A stretch of 64,000 nt of DNA from Lama glama (GCA_028534125.1 CM052817.1:54934001-54998000), one strand, 5' to 3'; shown: positions 1 through 11,809, numbered from the stretch's first letter. Translations and numbers: made by a program. The notes: generated by a model not told the origin, from the sequence alone.

Positions 1-408
1 TCCAGTCTTCACCAAGAGAAGCTGGTAGATATTCTAGAGATGCAACTCACAAAAGTGTGGAGCTCCCCCTATGACTAGTACCCCCTGGAGGTTTTAACTT
101 TTAGAATTGTCTACACTGAGCCTCCAGCAATTTGTCAGTTACAATTTAGATTTTCCTGCCCTGGTACTGGGTTATCCCAGATGTTTATGCTTGTGAGTTT
201 CTTCTCTGGTAGGTTGTATTTCTCTGTATTCACCTATCTGCCTCTCCAATTTGGGGGGGTGGGAGGGGTGGACAGGACAGTAGTCTACCCTGTAACCTAA
301 CTTCTCAGGTGGATCTAAGAAGTGTTGATTTTTAAGGTTTTTTTTTTTTTACTACATTACATTACATTCATTACATTCTCATTACATTCTGGACAGGAAA
401 TGGAAGTC
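1..408 (-). mobile_element. Old LINE-1 (L1M-type) 5' end/5'UTR remnant
   Basis: Motifs 'ctccaatttggggg...ccctgtaacctaacttctc...ggatctaagaagtgttgatttt' and 'ttacattctggacaggaaatggaagt' resemble the reverse complement of L1M 5' termini as I recall them. Confidence 0.6.
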
Positions 409-599
409 TGTTATTTTCTTTATAGATCAGTTATGATGACTCATTTGGAGCTATTGCATGAATGGAGTTAAGGTAATAAGGAAAAACTGAAGTTAGTCTG
501 ACTGAAAAACATAAACCTGAAAGGAATCTGCTGGATGATGATATAGAAGACAAGATGGTGAAGATCCAGGGAATGTTTAAAGTAAAAGGATTACATTCC

Positions 600-1735
600 T
601 GACAAAAACTCTTAACAAATTACATATAGAATAAATCTACCTCAATATATTAAAGTCCATATATGACAAGTGCACAACCGACATCATACTCAAGAGTGAA
701 AGGTCGAAACTTTTCCTGTAAGATCAGGAACAAGACAGGGGTGCCCACTCTAACTACTCCTGTTCAACATAGTACTAGCAGTCCTAGACAGTCCCAGACA
801 GTTACTCAAGAAAAAGAAATAAAGGACATCAAAACTAGTAAGGAAGAAGTAAAATTGTTTCTATTTGCAGATGGTGTGATTCTATATATAGAAAATCCTA
901 AAGATTCCACAAAAATCTGCTAAATCTAGTCAAACTCAGTAAAGTTGCAGAATACAAAAGTACCATAAAAAATCAGTAGCTTTTCTATACACTAAAAATG
1001 AACTATATGAAAAATAAATAGAGAAAATAATCCCATTCACAATAGCATCAAAAACCATAAAATACTTAGGAATACATTTAACCAAGGAAATGAAAGACTT
1101 TTATACTGAAAACTATAAAACGTTGCTGAAAGAAATTGAAGAGATACAAATAAATGAAAAGCTATTCATAGATTGGAAGAACATTGTTAAAATCTCCATA
1201 CTACCCAAAGATATTTATAGATTGAAAGGAACCCCTATTAAGATTCCAATAGTTTTTTTTAAAGAAACATGAAAAACAACTCTAAAATTTCTATGGGCCC
1301 AGAAAAGATCTTGAATAACCAAAGCAACCCTGAGTAAGGACAAAGCAGGAAATGTCAATAATTCTATAGTAATCAAAACTGTATGGTACTGGCAAAAAAC
1401 AGACACATGGACTAATGGAATGGAATCAAAAGCTCAGAAATAAAACCATGCATGTATGTTCAACTAATATTTTACATGGGAACCAAGAATACTCATTGCA
1501 GAAAATGTAGTGACTTCAGTATATGGTGCTGGGAAAATTGGATATTCATATCTAAAAGAATGAAGCTAGACCCTTAACTTGTACCACTCATAAAAGTAAT
1601 TTAAAATGGATTATTAAACACTTAAATGTAACCATAAAACTAAATAAAAGAAAAATATAAGGCATTATACTGTACATCTTAAAACTTATACCCTGCTATA
1701 TGTTATTTATATCTAAATAAAACTGAAAAAAAAGT
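600..1735 (+). mobile_element. Degraded LINE-1 ORF2 (RT region) fragment joined to an L1 3' tail
   Basis: ORFs 663-923 (QEKEIKDIKTSKEEVKLFLFADGVILYIENPKDST, RT FADD-motif region) and 1090-1272 ([17 protein letters not shown]). At ~1660 it jumps to an L1 3' end 'tactgtacatcttaaaacttata...aataaaactgaaaaaaaa'. Confidence 0.9.
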
Positions 1736-2076
1736 AAAAGGATTAGAAGGAATATGAGGACACTTCAGGCATGACACTTATTGTGTTGTTTACATACATG
1801 ATTCGTGTGTGTGTGTGTTTATATACTGGATCAGAATATAAAATATACTTTTTATAGATTGTGACTAAGAAGTTTGAAGTTACTAGAATAAGTTATATAT
1901 TAAAATTTTTCTATTTAATTAACTTCCAGGTCAGAAATAATTTAAAGACATTTTTATTACAAAGTAACAGAATAATATATCCAAAAGGAACTTCACATGA
2001 TCAACTTGTCCCTACTCAACTCTTTTGAAAAAGTTTAAAATATGTTAACTAAAATTGTTTTGAAAGTCTAAATATG

Positions 2077-3494
2077 TTTTGCCTATATTTTCTTTTAAGA
2101 GGTTTATAGTGTCTTCTCTTAAACTCTCAGCAATGTTCTCCTAGGGCAATCTAACCAAGCAATAAAAATAAAAGCAAAAATAAACAAATGGACCTAATTA
2201 AACTTATAAGCTTTTGCACAGCAAAGAAAACCATAAGCAAAATAAAATGACAACCTACAGAATGGGAGAAAATATTTGCAGATGATGCAACTGACAAGGG
2301 CTTCATCTCCAGAATATATAAACAGCTCACACAACTTAATTAAAAAAAAAAGCAAACAACCAATCCAAAAATGGGCAGAAGACCTAAACAAGCAACTCTC
2401 CAGTGAAGACAAACAAATGGCCAATAGGCGCATGAAAAAATGCTCAATATCGCTAATTTTCAGAGAAATGCAAGTCAAAACAACAATGAGGTATCATCTA
2501 AAAACAGTCAGAATGGCCATCATTCAAAAGTCCACAAACAATCAGTGCTGGAGAGGGTGTGGAGAAAAGGGAACCCTCCTACACTGTTGGTTGGAATGTA
2601 ATTTGGTTCAGCCGTTATGGAAAACAGTATGGAGATTCCTCAAAAAACTAAAAATAGACTTAGCATATGATCCAGCAGTCCTACTCCTGGGCATATATTC
2701 AGAGAGAATCTTAATTCAAAAAGACACATGCACCCCAATGTTCATAGCAGCACTATTTATAACAGCCAAAGGGGAAGGGTATAGCTCAAATGGTACAGCA
2801 CATGTTCAGCACCCAAGACTTTACTGGTTCAATCCCCAGTACCTCTTCCAAGTGGAAATCAATGAAGAAACCTAATGACCTCCCCCTCAGAAAACAAACA
2901 ATATAACAGCCAAAACATGGAAATAACCTAAATGTCCATCAACAGATGACTGGATAAAGAAGCTGTGGTATATTTACATAATGGACTATTACTCAGCCAC
3001 AAAAAATGATAAAATAATGCCATTTGCAGCAACATGTATGGACTCAGAGAATGTCATTCTAAGTGAATTAAGCCAGAAAGAGAAAGAAAAATACCATATG
3101 ATATCACTCATATATGGGGGAAAAAAAGATGAACTTATTTAGAAAACAGAAACAGACTCTCAGACATAGAAAACAAACATGGTTACCAGGGAGGGGAGGG
3201 AGGGGAAGGGATAATCTGGGAGTTCAAGGTTTGCAGATACTAGCTAATATGCATAAAATAGAAAAACAAATTTATACAGTATAGCACAGGGAACTACATT
3301 CAATATCTTGTAGTAACTTTTGGTGAAAAAGAAAATGAAAATGAATGTATGTATGTTCCTATATGACTGAAGTATTGTGCTGTACACCAGAAATTGACAC
3401 AACATTGTAACCAGACTATACTTCAATAAAAACCTGTATTAAAGAAATCTATCAAATACCAAAATAAATTCACTTTTAAAATACCAAAGAAAAG
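2077..3494 (+). mobile_element. Young (camelid-type) 5'-truncated LINE-1 with short 5' inversion, ORF2 C-terminus and 3'UTR
   Basis: ORF 2276-2875 encodes the L1 ORF2 cysteine-rich C-terminus ([18 protein letters not shown]). The 3'UTR ends 'cttcaataaa' at 3430. A perfect 15-bp TSD gaaagtctaaatatg sits at 2062-2076 and 3495-3509. Bases 2077-2120 are antisense L1. Confidence 0.95.
2771..2901 (+). mobile_element. tRNA-derived SINE, camelid Vic-1 type, inserted in L1
   Basis: Starts ggggaagggtatagctcaaatggt; Pol III A box at ~2782 and B box ggttcaatcc at 2826-2835; 3' 'cctaatgacctccccc' and A-rich tail. Perfect 13-bp TSD tataacagccaaa at 2758-2770 and 2902-2914. Confidence 0.92.
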
Positions 3495-5132
3495 GAAAGT
3501 CTAAATATGATCTGAATAAATTAATGGCCTATGATAAAGATTTCTTTTCAGCTATTATAATTTTATTTTATTCTAAAATTATAATAAATGATAAGTCATC
3601 AATATCTTTATCATACAAATACAAATTTACTTTGTGGCAGACTAGAATTAAAACAAAGAATTCTCATTTTTAGCCTCAGGTGTATTTCAAATAATAGTGC
3701 TATCTAATTTTAACATTATTTAAATAAATAAACTGAATACCTTTAAAATACAAGATAATATTAAAGCTCTGTGAAAATCTACATTATGTATCCTGACATG
3801 TCAAAATTATATACCCTTACTTTTTTTTCTGGAACTTGACATTTTATTAATTCTATTTTTGACTTTCTAGATAAATCATCAACCAACAAAGGAGAATTAA
3901 TTATTCACAGAATGTTCTTAACTACCCATTACCATACATTCCCATATTGAATTTGCGAGGTTATTTTTGTAGGTTCTTTAAATAGAATTTATTTTGAGAT
4001 GTTTAATTGAGAAAATTGTAAGAATTTGGCCTATATCAAATAAGTTAAAGAAAAAGCCATATGGAGTTAATTATATAATTTTTTTTCATTTTATTTCAGA
4101 CAATGATTCATAGCATGCAGCAATTTCAGCATTCCTTGGCAACCAAAGGATAATCTGGTTCAAAATGCCCATTTAACAAGAACTCAATGTGGAATGAGAT
4201 TTGCATTTTAATTAAGATTTTTATTTTTTCAAAGTATAATGAGTAATGTCATCCTTTAAAAGTTAATCTACTTTGTTAATTTAATGGTCAAATATGTAAT
4301 TTTATTTACAGGTCAATAGATCTGAATTAGGCTGCTAGTGGCACAGCTTGAAATAGTGTGTACAGGATAGAAAACTAAGTCCAGAAATGAGGACCAGCCA
4401 TGTTTCCTCCTGAATTGTGCTAGCCATGTGCCCCCATTTTCTGTTATAGTTCACATTTATTCTCCCAACATTCTAGTGGTTACCTATGCTGCAGACAGAA
4501 TGTAAAAGAATAAAATTATGATTGCCAGTGCACATCATGAAATAATAGATTACCTTATTAGTCCTTTGCATCCAGCTGTGATGTCTAAAACAAATTGAGC
4601 ATACTTTCTAATAGGGCTGGCTGAATCCATGCACATATGACCCCTTGGTGTCTCCAGCCAATGCCGTGTGTAACTTCATAATAGCTGCTCATTCGTAGCG
4701 TTTCTTTGTAAAATTGCATGAAGTCCTTTTAAAATGCCATCCAAGAACAAAGACCTATTTTGTTTAACATTTATTCTTCTTCATTTAGAACATAGCTTCA
4801 AATAGGTAGTTTGAGCTTACATTTTCTTGGTATTTCGAAGAAAAATTAGTTGATTTTTTTCTGCATTAGAGATGGGACAGCTAAGCTTTGGAAGCCATGG
4901 AAACTATAACTTTATATTAACCACCAAAGTTTTTCAAGTAATTGCACAAGTGATAAATGAAAATAAGAAATATTATAAATTAATTTAGATATAGGGATAC
5001 CTTATGAGAAATCAAATTCAAATAATAAAAACAAATATATGACTGAGGAAATTTTCTCTATAGAAAACAAATTTCTCTACATTAATTTTACTTATAGAGA
5101 TTACTGGAAATGTGAACCTTGCCTAAGAATCA

Positions 5133-6017
5133 TTTTTTTTAATTGAAGTAGTCAGTTACAATGCATCAATTTCTGGTGTACAGAACAATGTCCCAGTCAT
5201 GCATATACATACATATATTCATTTTCATATTGTTTCATTAAAGGTTATTACACGATATTGAACATAGTTCTCTGTGCTATACAGAAGAAACTTTTTTAAA
5301 ATCTATTTTTATATATGGTGTTTAACATTTGTAAATCTCAAACTCCCAAATCTACCCCTTCCCACCCTCTTTCCCCAGTAACCATAATATTGTTTACTAT
5401 GCAAGTCTGTTTCTGTTTTGTAGATGAGTTCATAGTGTCCTTTTTTCTTCTTCTTCTTCTTTGTTTTTTAGATTCCACATATGAGTGATATCATATATTT
5501 TTCTTTCTTTCTGGCTTACTTCACTTAGAATGATGATCTCTAGGTCCAGCTATGTTGCTGTAAATGGCATTATTTTAAATGGGACCTAATTAAACTTATA
5601 TAAGCTTTTGCACAGCAAAGGAAACCATAAGCAAAACAAAATGACAACATACAGAATGGGAGAAAATATTTGCAAATGATGTAACTGACAAGGGCTTAAT
5701 CTCCAGAATATATAAATAGCTCATACAACTTAATAAAAAAAAAGCAAACAACCCAACCCAAAAATGGGCAGAAGACCTAAACAAGCAATTCTCCAGTGAA
5801 GACATACAAATGGCCAACAGGCACATGAAAAAATGCTCAGTATCGCTAATTTTCAGAGAAATGCAAATCAAAACTACAATGAGGTATCATCTCACACCAG
5901 TCAGAATGGCCATCATTCAAAAGTCTACAATCAATCAATGCTGGAGAGGGTGTGGAGAAAAGGGAACCCTCCTACACTGCTGGTGGGAATGTAGTTTAGT
6001 GCAGCCATTATGGAAAA
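5133..6017 (-). mobile_element. Young LINE-1 insertion on minus strand with inverted 5' part
   Basis: Poly-T plus antisense L1 3'UTR at 5133-5577, then sense-strand ORF2 C-terminus at 5578-6017 (ORF 5810-6085). taagaatc occurs on both flanks (~5124 and ~6021) as the TSD core. Confidence 0.92.
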
Positions 6018-6898
6018 GAGTAAGAATCTTATATTTAAATGTAAAATTTAGTTTCAATGCTTCTGTTAATTCTTTGTGCTGTTAAAGCATAAAGCCATGG
6101 GATAGATGGCTCTTCTTTACCAGAGGGCTTTAATAAGGTTTTATACCAACATAGATCAACCCAGAGCCTTCTTTGTATTGGAGGGTATTGACGAACAGGA
6201 GTGTTATGCATATTAAGAATTAGAAACGTGTGCAGAAGGTGGTTTGTCCGCTGACATTTGCTGAATAACATGCTTCTCTGAAACCTAAATGCCTAAAACA
6301 GGAACTGTGTGTTTATATTCTGAAGACTGGATGTTTGCGTTGAGTTCAGGTGGGCATTTTCTAGGCAAGGTTGGGCTGATCTTGCCTGAACTTGCTCATG
6401 TATCATTGGTGAGCTGATATGTTGAATAGGGCTGGTGATTTATCATAGCTTCAGCTAGGGAGGCTGGGATGACTGAGGCTTCTTTCCAGAAGGCTAACCA
6501 GTGCCTATTTATGTGGAGAGTTGTAGTTACTGTCATAGCCGTAAGGCAAGCCTCCACACACAAGCCCTTAGTCTCCACTTGCTTCATAATTGCTACTTTC
6601 CAGGGCGTGTCATGTGGCCTGGCCTAGAGGAACTGTGGGAAGATACTAACAAAGGACATGTTTATAGGAAGTATGGGAGGCTGTTACTGCAGTCAGTTCA
6701 CTTCAACAGGCTGATGATAAGAGATTGCACATGACCAGGGCAAGCCTGAGACTTAAGGAGGGATAAGGATACATACATTACAGTACAGTAATGTACAGTA
6801 AATTTATTTCTGGAATAATATATCTAGCATTTTTATTTGGGTTTCAGCTTGCTACTTTGCAATGTGATAATCTCACTTCGATTCCCCAAAATTTCAGC

Positions 6899-6961
6899 AA
6901 CTTTTTTTTTCCTTTTTTTAATACAATAACTATTTTTCCCCCTTTTTTTAATACAAGAACT
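6899..6961. repeat. Local tandem duplication, 30-bp period, 2 copies
   Basis: cctttttttaatacaataact at 6911 and cctttttttaatacaagaact at 6941, each preceded by aact plus a T-rich run. Confidence 0.85.
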
Positions 6962-7169
6962 GTAGTGTTATCTTTCATGGGGTTAATTGGAGAGAAAAAA
7001 GATTGTGGAAGGAAAGATGTGAAGAGAAATCAGAATCCATTAAAAAAAGAAGTTCAGGCAAGAGGCACTTAGAAGATCAAGATGCTCATAGATTTTATAG
7101 ATTTTGAAAGTGTTTGGATTTCCTACTGAAGGTGAGATGGGCATTTAAAAAAAGAGATAGTCTTTATTT

Positions 7170-7390
7170 GTCAGGCACTTTTTTGTTAGCCTTTTGTATA
7201 TATTAAGTTGTTTAATGCACTATTCCCTTAAGGTATACTGCAATACTCCCTTTCTATAAAAATCAAAACTTAAGTGCAAAATATTTAAGTAAACTCATGG
7301 TCACAGTGCTGGTAGATGATAAGTCCATGAGCCCAATACAAATAGACTGCCTTTGGCTCTAAACTCTTGACTAATCAACTTTATAAACTG
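7170..7390 (-). mobile_element. MIR SINE remnant
   Basis: Degenerate MIR core: 'tcaggcact...tttaatgcac...aaggtatact...taagtaaactcatggtcacagtgctggtag'. Confidence 0.55.
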
Positions 7391-7719
7391 TGGGGGAAAG
7401 GAAAATGTAACAAAATTATTGGGTCATTTTATGAATTCAAAAGCTGATAGAGATTTTAATAATATTGTTGAGATGTTGGAAGACAATCTTTATTTTTATT
7501 CTGCATTTGGGAATTCATTTAAAGCAAACATATCTTCAGTTCTCCCCTGTCCCTGTTTATTCCCATCTTGCCTACATATGCCAAATTGCTTGCTACTCAG
7601 AATGGGTGCTTTTCTCACTTTTTCTAAATTGGGCAATACCAGAGTGGTTCTTTCCTCCTTTTGTAACAAACTTGTTGATATTGTTACTTTCACATACTTC
7701 ATACCACATGGATGGACTT

Positions 7720-7820
7720 TTTAAGCCATTTAACCTTATCTTCTTAATGGCCCTATATCCAAATATTGTCATATTGGTGGCTATGGCTTCAACCTATGAA
7801 CTTTGGGGCAACACAACTTT
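7720..7820 (-). mobile_element. MaLR (MLT1) LTR fragment
   Basis: 'ggccctatatccaaatattgtcatattgg...ggcttcaacctatgaactttggggcaacacaa' matches the same part of the MLT1 copies at 20855 and 30161. Confidence 0.65.
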
Positions 7821-8149
7821 TTGAGAACAAAGTGAAAAGATATATATAAAATCTGTAGTACAATAACACTTTGAAATGTGCAAGAAATTTAGCTATCATT
7901 ATTATAATAATTATCTATCACAGTCGTCATTGCTCTGTCATTTAGAGGTGACACTGAAAAACTTGAATGAAAATGGATATGACATTAATTCCATATACAG
8001 AATGAATAATAGAAACATACAAGCCATGCATTCCTGAATGTATGTCTTTTTACTTCATAGGATAAAATGTGGGAAATGAAATGAAAAGCTATCATGAAAA
8101 TATTTTCAAATTTATTTTGTAAAGAACAGAGTAGAATTATTTCCTTTTG

Positions 8150-8362
8150 TTACCAAAGACAGAATTTGGATAATCTGGTAGAAGTATTAAGTAGAAACAT
8201 TCCATATTACTAATCATAGAGTAGGTTTCTTTTAAAAAGTGGCAAGGTTCCCATCCTGGAACTATGTCAAGAAAAAGGTAGACCTCACGCTCTGGGATGT
8301 GGTTGGGTGACAGGTTGTTTTAAATGATTTCTAAAGTGAATTTCAATGCCAAAACTGTGATG
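8150..8362 (+). mobile_element. Possible CR1/L3 LINE 3' remnant
   Basis: 'ttcccatcctggaactatgtcaagaaaaaggtagacc...aaatgatttctaaagtgaatttcaat' loosely resembles the L3 3' end; highly diverged. Confidence 0.4.
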
Positions 8363-9241
8363 TTATTGATTAAAATTTTATATTTGTCTAGGAGTGGGTC
8401 ATACATGATCCTAGGCTGAAAATTTGCATCCCAATGATGGAAGCACAATTTGGAATTTAAAGAGCTAAAGAGGGAACAAATTACTTTTAAGTGAAAATTG
8501 GTATAATTATTTGGATACAAGAATGCTCTTGAATAAAGGAAACACTAAATGGTGATTGTAATGAGCTTCAGGTGATAAGCAGTGCTGGGGTATAGAAGAT
8601 ACGCATGTGTGGAAAGCAGAAGGGAGAAGACCGCAAATGGTGAGGTTATAAGGGAATGAGGTTGTTCTGAACACTGCAGTGCAGAGTGAGACTCAGATGT
8701 TTTGTAACTCAATCTAAATTAAGTCAAGCTCAGCAATTGTCTGTAATTTGTTTGAGACTCTTTGTCACATATTCTTAAATCAGATTTAGTATTAAGATTA
8801 ACTATACTTAATGGATTTTTGATAGGACCTGCAGGATAATTGGCTGAGAGAATAATTCTGAGATATCAGTGATCAGCTAGGCTTAGGGAAAAAAATTTGA
8901 ATAATTTGAAACCAGGGCGAAATCTGTACATATGAAGTATCTCAATACAAACTGAAATTCTTTGGAATATTAGATATTTCTTGATTTCTATAAGGGAAAA
9001 TAACTGTGCCTCTCTCTACATTTCATTCGAGTATAATTTTCCCTGAAACTAACAACTTAGGTTTAATTTTGTTTTTCCACACTGATTATCTTAACACATC
9101 ATCAATTTTACATTTAAAAGATTAAATTTTATAAAATTTAGAATAATTTTAATTTAACCAAGTAACATGTTGCTGCTTCTTTTTCATGGGTATTATCATT
9201 GCAACCGCTTTTTATCTCTTCATTTATTTTCACATTTTTAA

Positions 9242-10054
9242 TAGTCACAATTAGGGTAGTTTATACTGTAGTAACAAATGAACTGAAATCTCAGTGAATG
9301 ATGACCACATAGATTTATTGTTCATACTGTGAGCAATGTAGCCATAGTGGCTTTCCTTGGAATCAATCCTCATATGGTAACACAAGGTGCTTTCCATTCT
9401 ATGGTGTTGCTTTCATAAATACTTATTCTAGTGTCACCACAGAGCGGGAGGAGATCTATACAGGATGTTTAGAACTAAGCTTCCAAATACACTATGTCCT
9501 GCAAATATCCCCTGCTTTGTAAAGTTTGCTTCATGTTTCTTCGCTTTTATGGAAGACCTACATTAATACCCATTTTCGCTAACCCAAAGGAGAATTTTCA
9601 CTTTTAAGAAAAATAAAGAATGAAAGTAGCATTTCACATTTGTTGTCCAGCAAGCCATTACAGAGGCAGCATGCATCCTGACAGAGAGTGACACCACCCA
9701 GCTCCTTCCTCAGAAACTACACTCAGCCTCTCAGCATCAAGTCGCCACGGCTTTACACTGTGTGAGCATCCGTGCTTTATATCTCAATTTATTTCCTGCA
9801 TCCGTTATCAAGATGTGTCCTAAGGTAATTGCTTCTTCAGTTTATGCCATTTCTGCTTAAAAGAGGTTTCATGGGAAGGCTTCTACTTTCAAAGAGCAGA
9901 GCAGGGTAAACCTGTAGGTCATTTGTCAAAACTCTAGCACAGACCGTCAACCCAGTCACACACACCAAACCTAGAAAATCTAGTCTTCCTTTGTGGCCAG
10001 GAACAGAGAAATGAAAGAGAAATTTGTAAAACATGTAGTATGGTCTCTGCTATG
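9242..10054 (-). mobile_element. Old MaLR LTR (MLT1J/K-like), split by a Tigger element
   Basis: Start 'tatactgtagtaacaaat...aaatctcagtg'; end 'gaaaatctagtcttcctttgtggccaggaa...ggtctctgcta'; interrupted at 9502-9914. Confidence 0.6.
9502..9914 (+). mobile_element. Non-autonomous TcMar-Tigger DNA transposon
   Basis: Degenerate terminal inverted repeats (caaatatcccctgctttgtaaagt ... actttcaaagagc...gggtaaacctg) followed by TA at 9915-9916; internal sequence resembles a Tigger-derived MITE. Subfamily not assigned. Confidence 0.75.
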
Positions 10055-10342
10055 ATACTTAAGGATACATTCTGAGGAAAAAGGATGGAGGAGAAGGTCA
10101 GAAATTTTTCAGCAAGTGAGATCTAAAGGAGCAGAGGCTGATAAGACTGTGGAGTAAACAAAAATTTAGGAAACATGTACTGATGAGAATCCAGCAACAA
10201 TCTTAGACTAGTAAACTAGAGAGGAGAGAGTTAATGAATTATTAAAACAGAGGGTCAGACCAGTTTTTAGAAAGTCATATATGGAGTGAGTAATTGAAGA
10301 GGCAAGGTGAATGTGCAGGGCTTGCTGTGTAGGAAAGTCAGA

Positions 10343-10940
10343 TGTGGTAGACTGTATCAATTTTCAAAGAGATATTTGAGGTTCTTCCTGAAGTGAGATT
10401 ATATGTTCCCATGCTTTTGAACTCCAGGATGGAAAGATAACTTGCTTTGACCAATGAAATATGAATGCAAGTAACAGGTGTCACTTCCAGGCAGAAACGT
10501 TAAGAGCCAGTGTGTGGTTTTTCGTGATGTCTTTTCCCCAGTGTCTGAACGTTAAAGCAGTGTTGAAATACAGAATCTGTCAGCCTGATATTTTAAGTGA
10601 CTGAAATAAATTGATCCTCCTTACCGCCCAGTAAGCACGCAGTGTGAGCTAGAAATAACCTCTGTAGTTTTAAGTCACTGTAGTATTTTGTTTGTTGGTA
10701 ATTGCAGAATGGCTTATCCCCCTCCTGACTGATACAGAAATTGAGACCAGGAAGAGGGTCTTGATATATCAAAAAATGACATTATGTATTTTGTAACTCG
10801 ATAGTGCATAGGAAGGATTCTATTACTGGGGGCTAGAAAAAGGGTGACTCATATTATGCCAAAATAAAACATTCCATTAGATAACTTGAAAGACAGATGA
10901 GGTATTTAATATTTTGAACCTATCAAGAAGAGGAAAATAT
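10343..10940 (+). mobile_element. MaLR LTR (MLT1I/J-like, 10343-10736) plus start of internal sequence
   Basis: tgtggtagac start; 'ttgctttgaccaatgaaatatga...tgtcacttccaggcagaa'; ends 'cctgactgataca'; followed by 'gaaattgagaccaggaag', typical of an MLT internal start. Confidence 0.8.
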
Positions 10941-11809
10941 AAAAGAAACTAAGAATGCCAGTCTTTCACAAAAGTCTGATAAGCTCAAAGTACCTAGCAT
11001 TAATTCCAGAGTGTAAATATACTTATAGACACAATGGCCATGCTGCTATGGACAAAGAATTCTGCAATAAGGTACACACAGATGATACACGTGGATGACT
11101 CCATCTATCTTGTTGATTGCTATTATTCCAAGCACACACCAAATGCCAGGGACATACTGTATTGTCATAAATATTGCAAAATGTTTCTAGCTTATAGTAT
11201 TTTTTATTTTTTAAGAAAAGAGAATAAAAGAAATGATATACATTACTATCTGTTTGCTTTTTTTTTTTAAGTTCTTTATTCATCTTTTTCTTTTGTTACC
11301 AATAGAATTAAAAGAAAAAAGCTTTACTTACATAGCTCTTCACTCTCCTGGAATACAGAAACACTTGTCCCTTAACACTGCTCACTCCATGGGCTTTGAC
11401 TTCTCTGAAATAGTATCGTCATAACAGGCAAAGTCTCTGACAGTGTTCCACATTTATTTTTCTTTTTCCTAAAATTATTCCATAAATAACTTCTCCATTA
11501 CTGATAATTTCTCAAATTTGCTCATATTTTTGCCCTGGAAATTGATCACCAATCTTTATTCCCTTTATAAATTATGGACAGTCTCTCACTTACTGGGCTT
11601 TCTACAAATGTTTGGCTTTCTCTCTGTATGTACTGCTATTATTAACTTGTGCACTTGTACACATGATGCTTCTTTATGTACTCACATGTCATGTTGTTTT
11701 GTATTTGTGAAAATGTCTGTTAATACATATTTGTCTTTCCTCACCTCTGCCTAAGTGTCTTCCTCTGAAGTACATTTATCTGTAAGTATGTGTGTGTATA
11801 CAGGTGAAA

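Noticed and set aside
2771..2845. tRNA gene
   Set aside because: It has A and B boxes but degenerate stems, a SINE tail and a TSD, so it is a SINE.
2276..2875. Longest ORF (199 aa) as a protein-coding gene
   Set aside because: It is L1 ORF2 C-terminus reading into a SINE inside a 5'-truncated element, with no promoter or exon structure.
3870..4160. Plus-strand coding exons after strong acceptors at ~3870 and ~4099
   Set aside because: Stops occur in all frames for the first; the second gives only a short unrecognised peptide and has no convincing donor.
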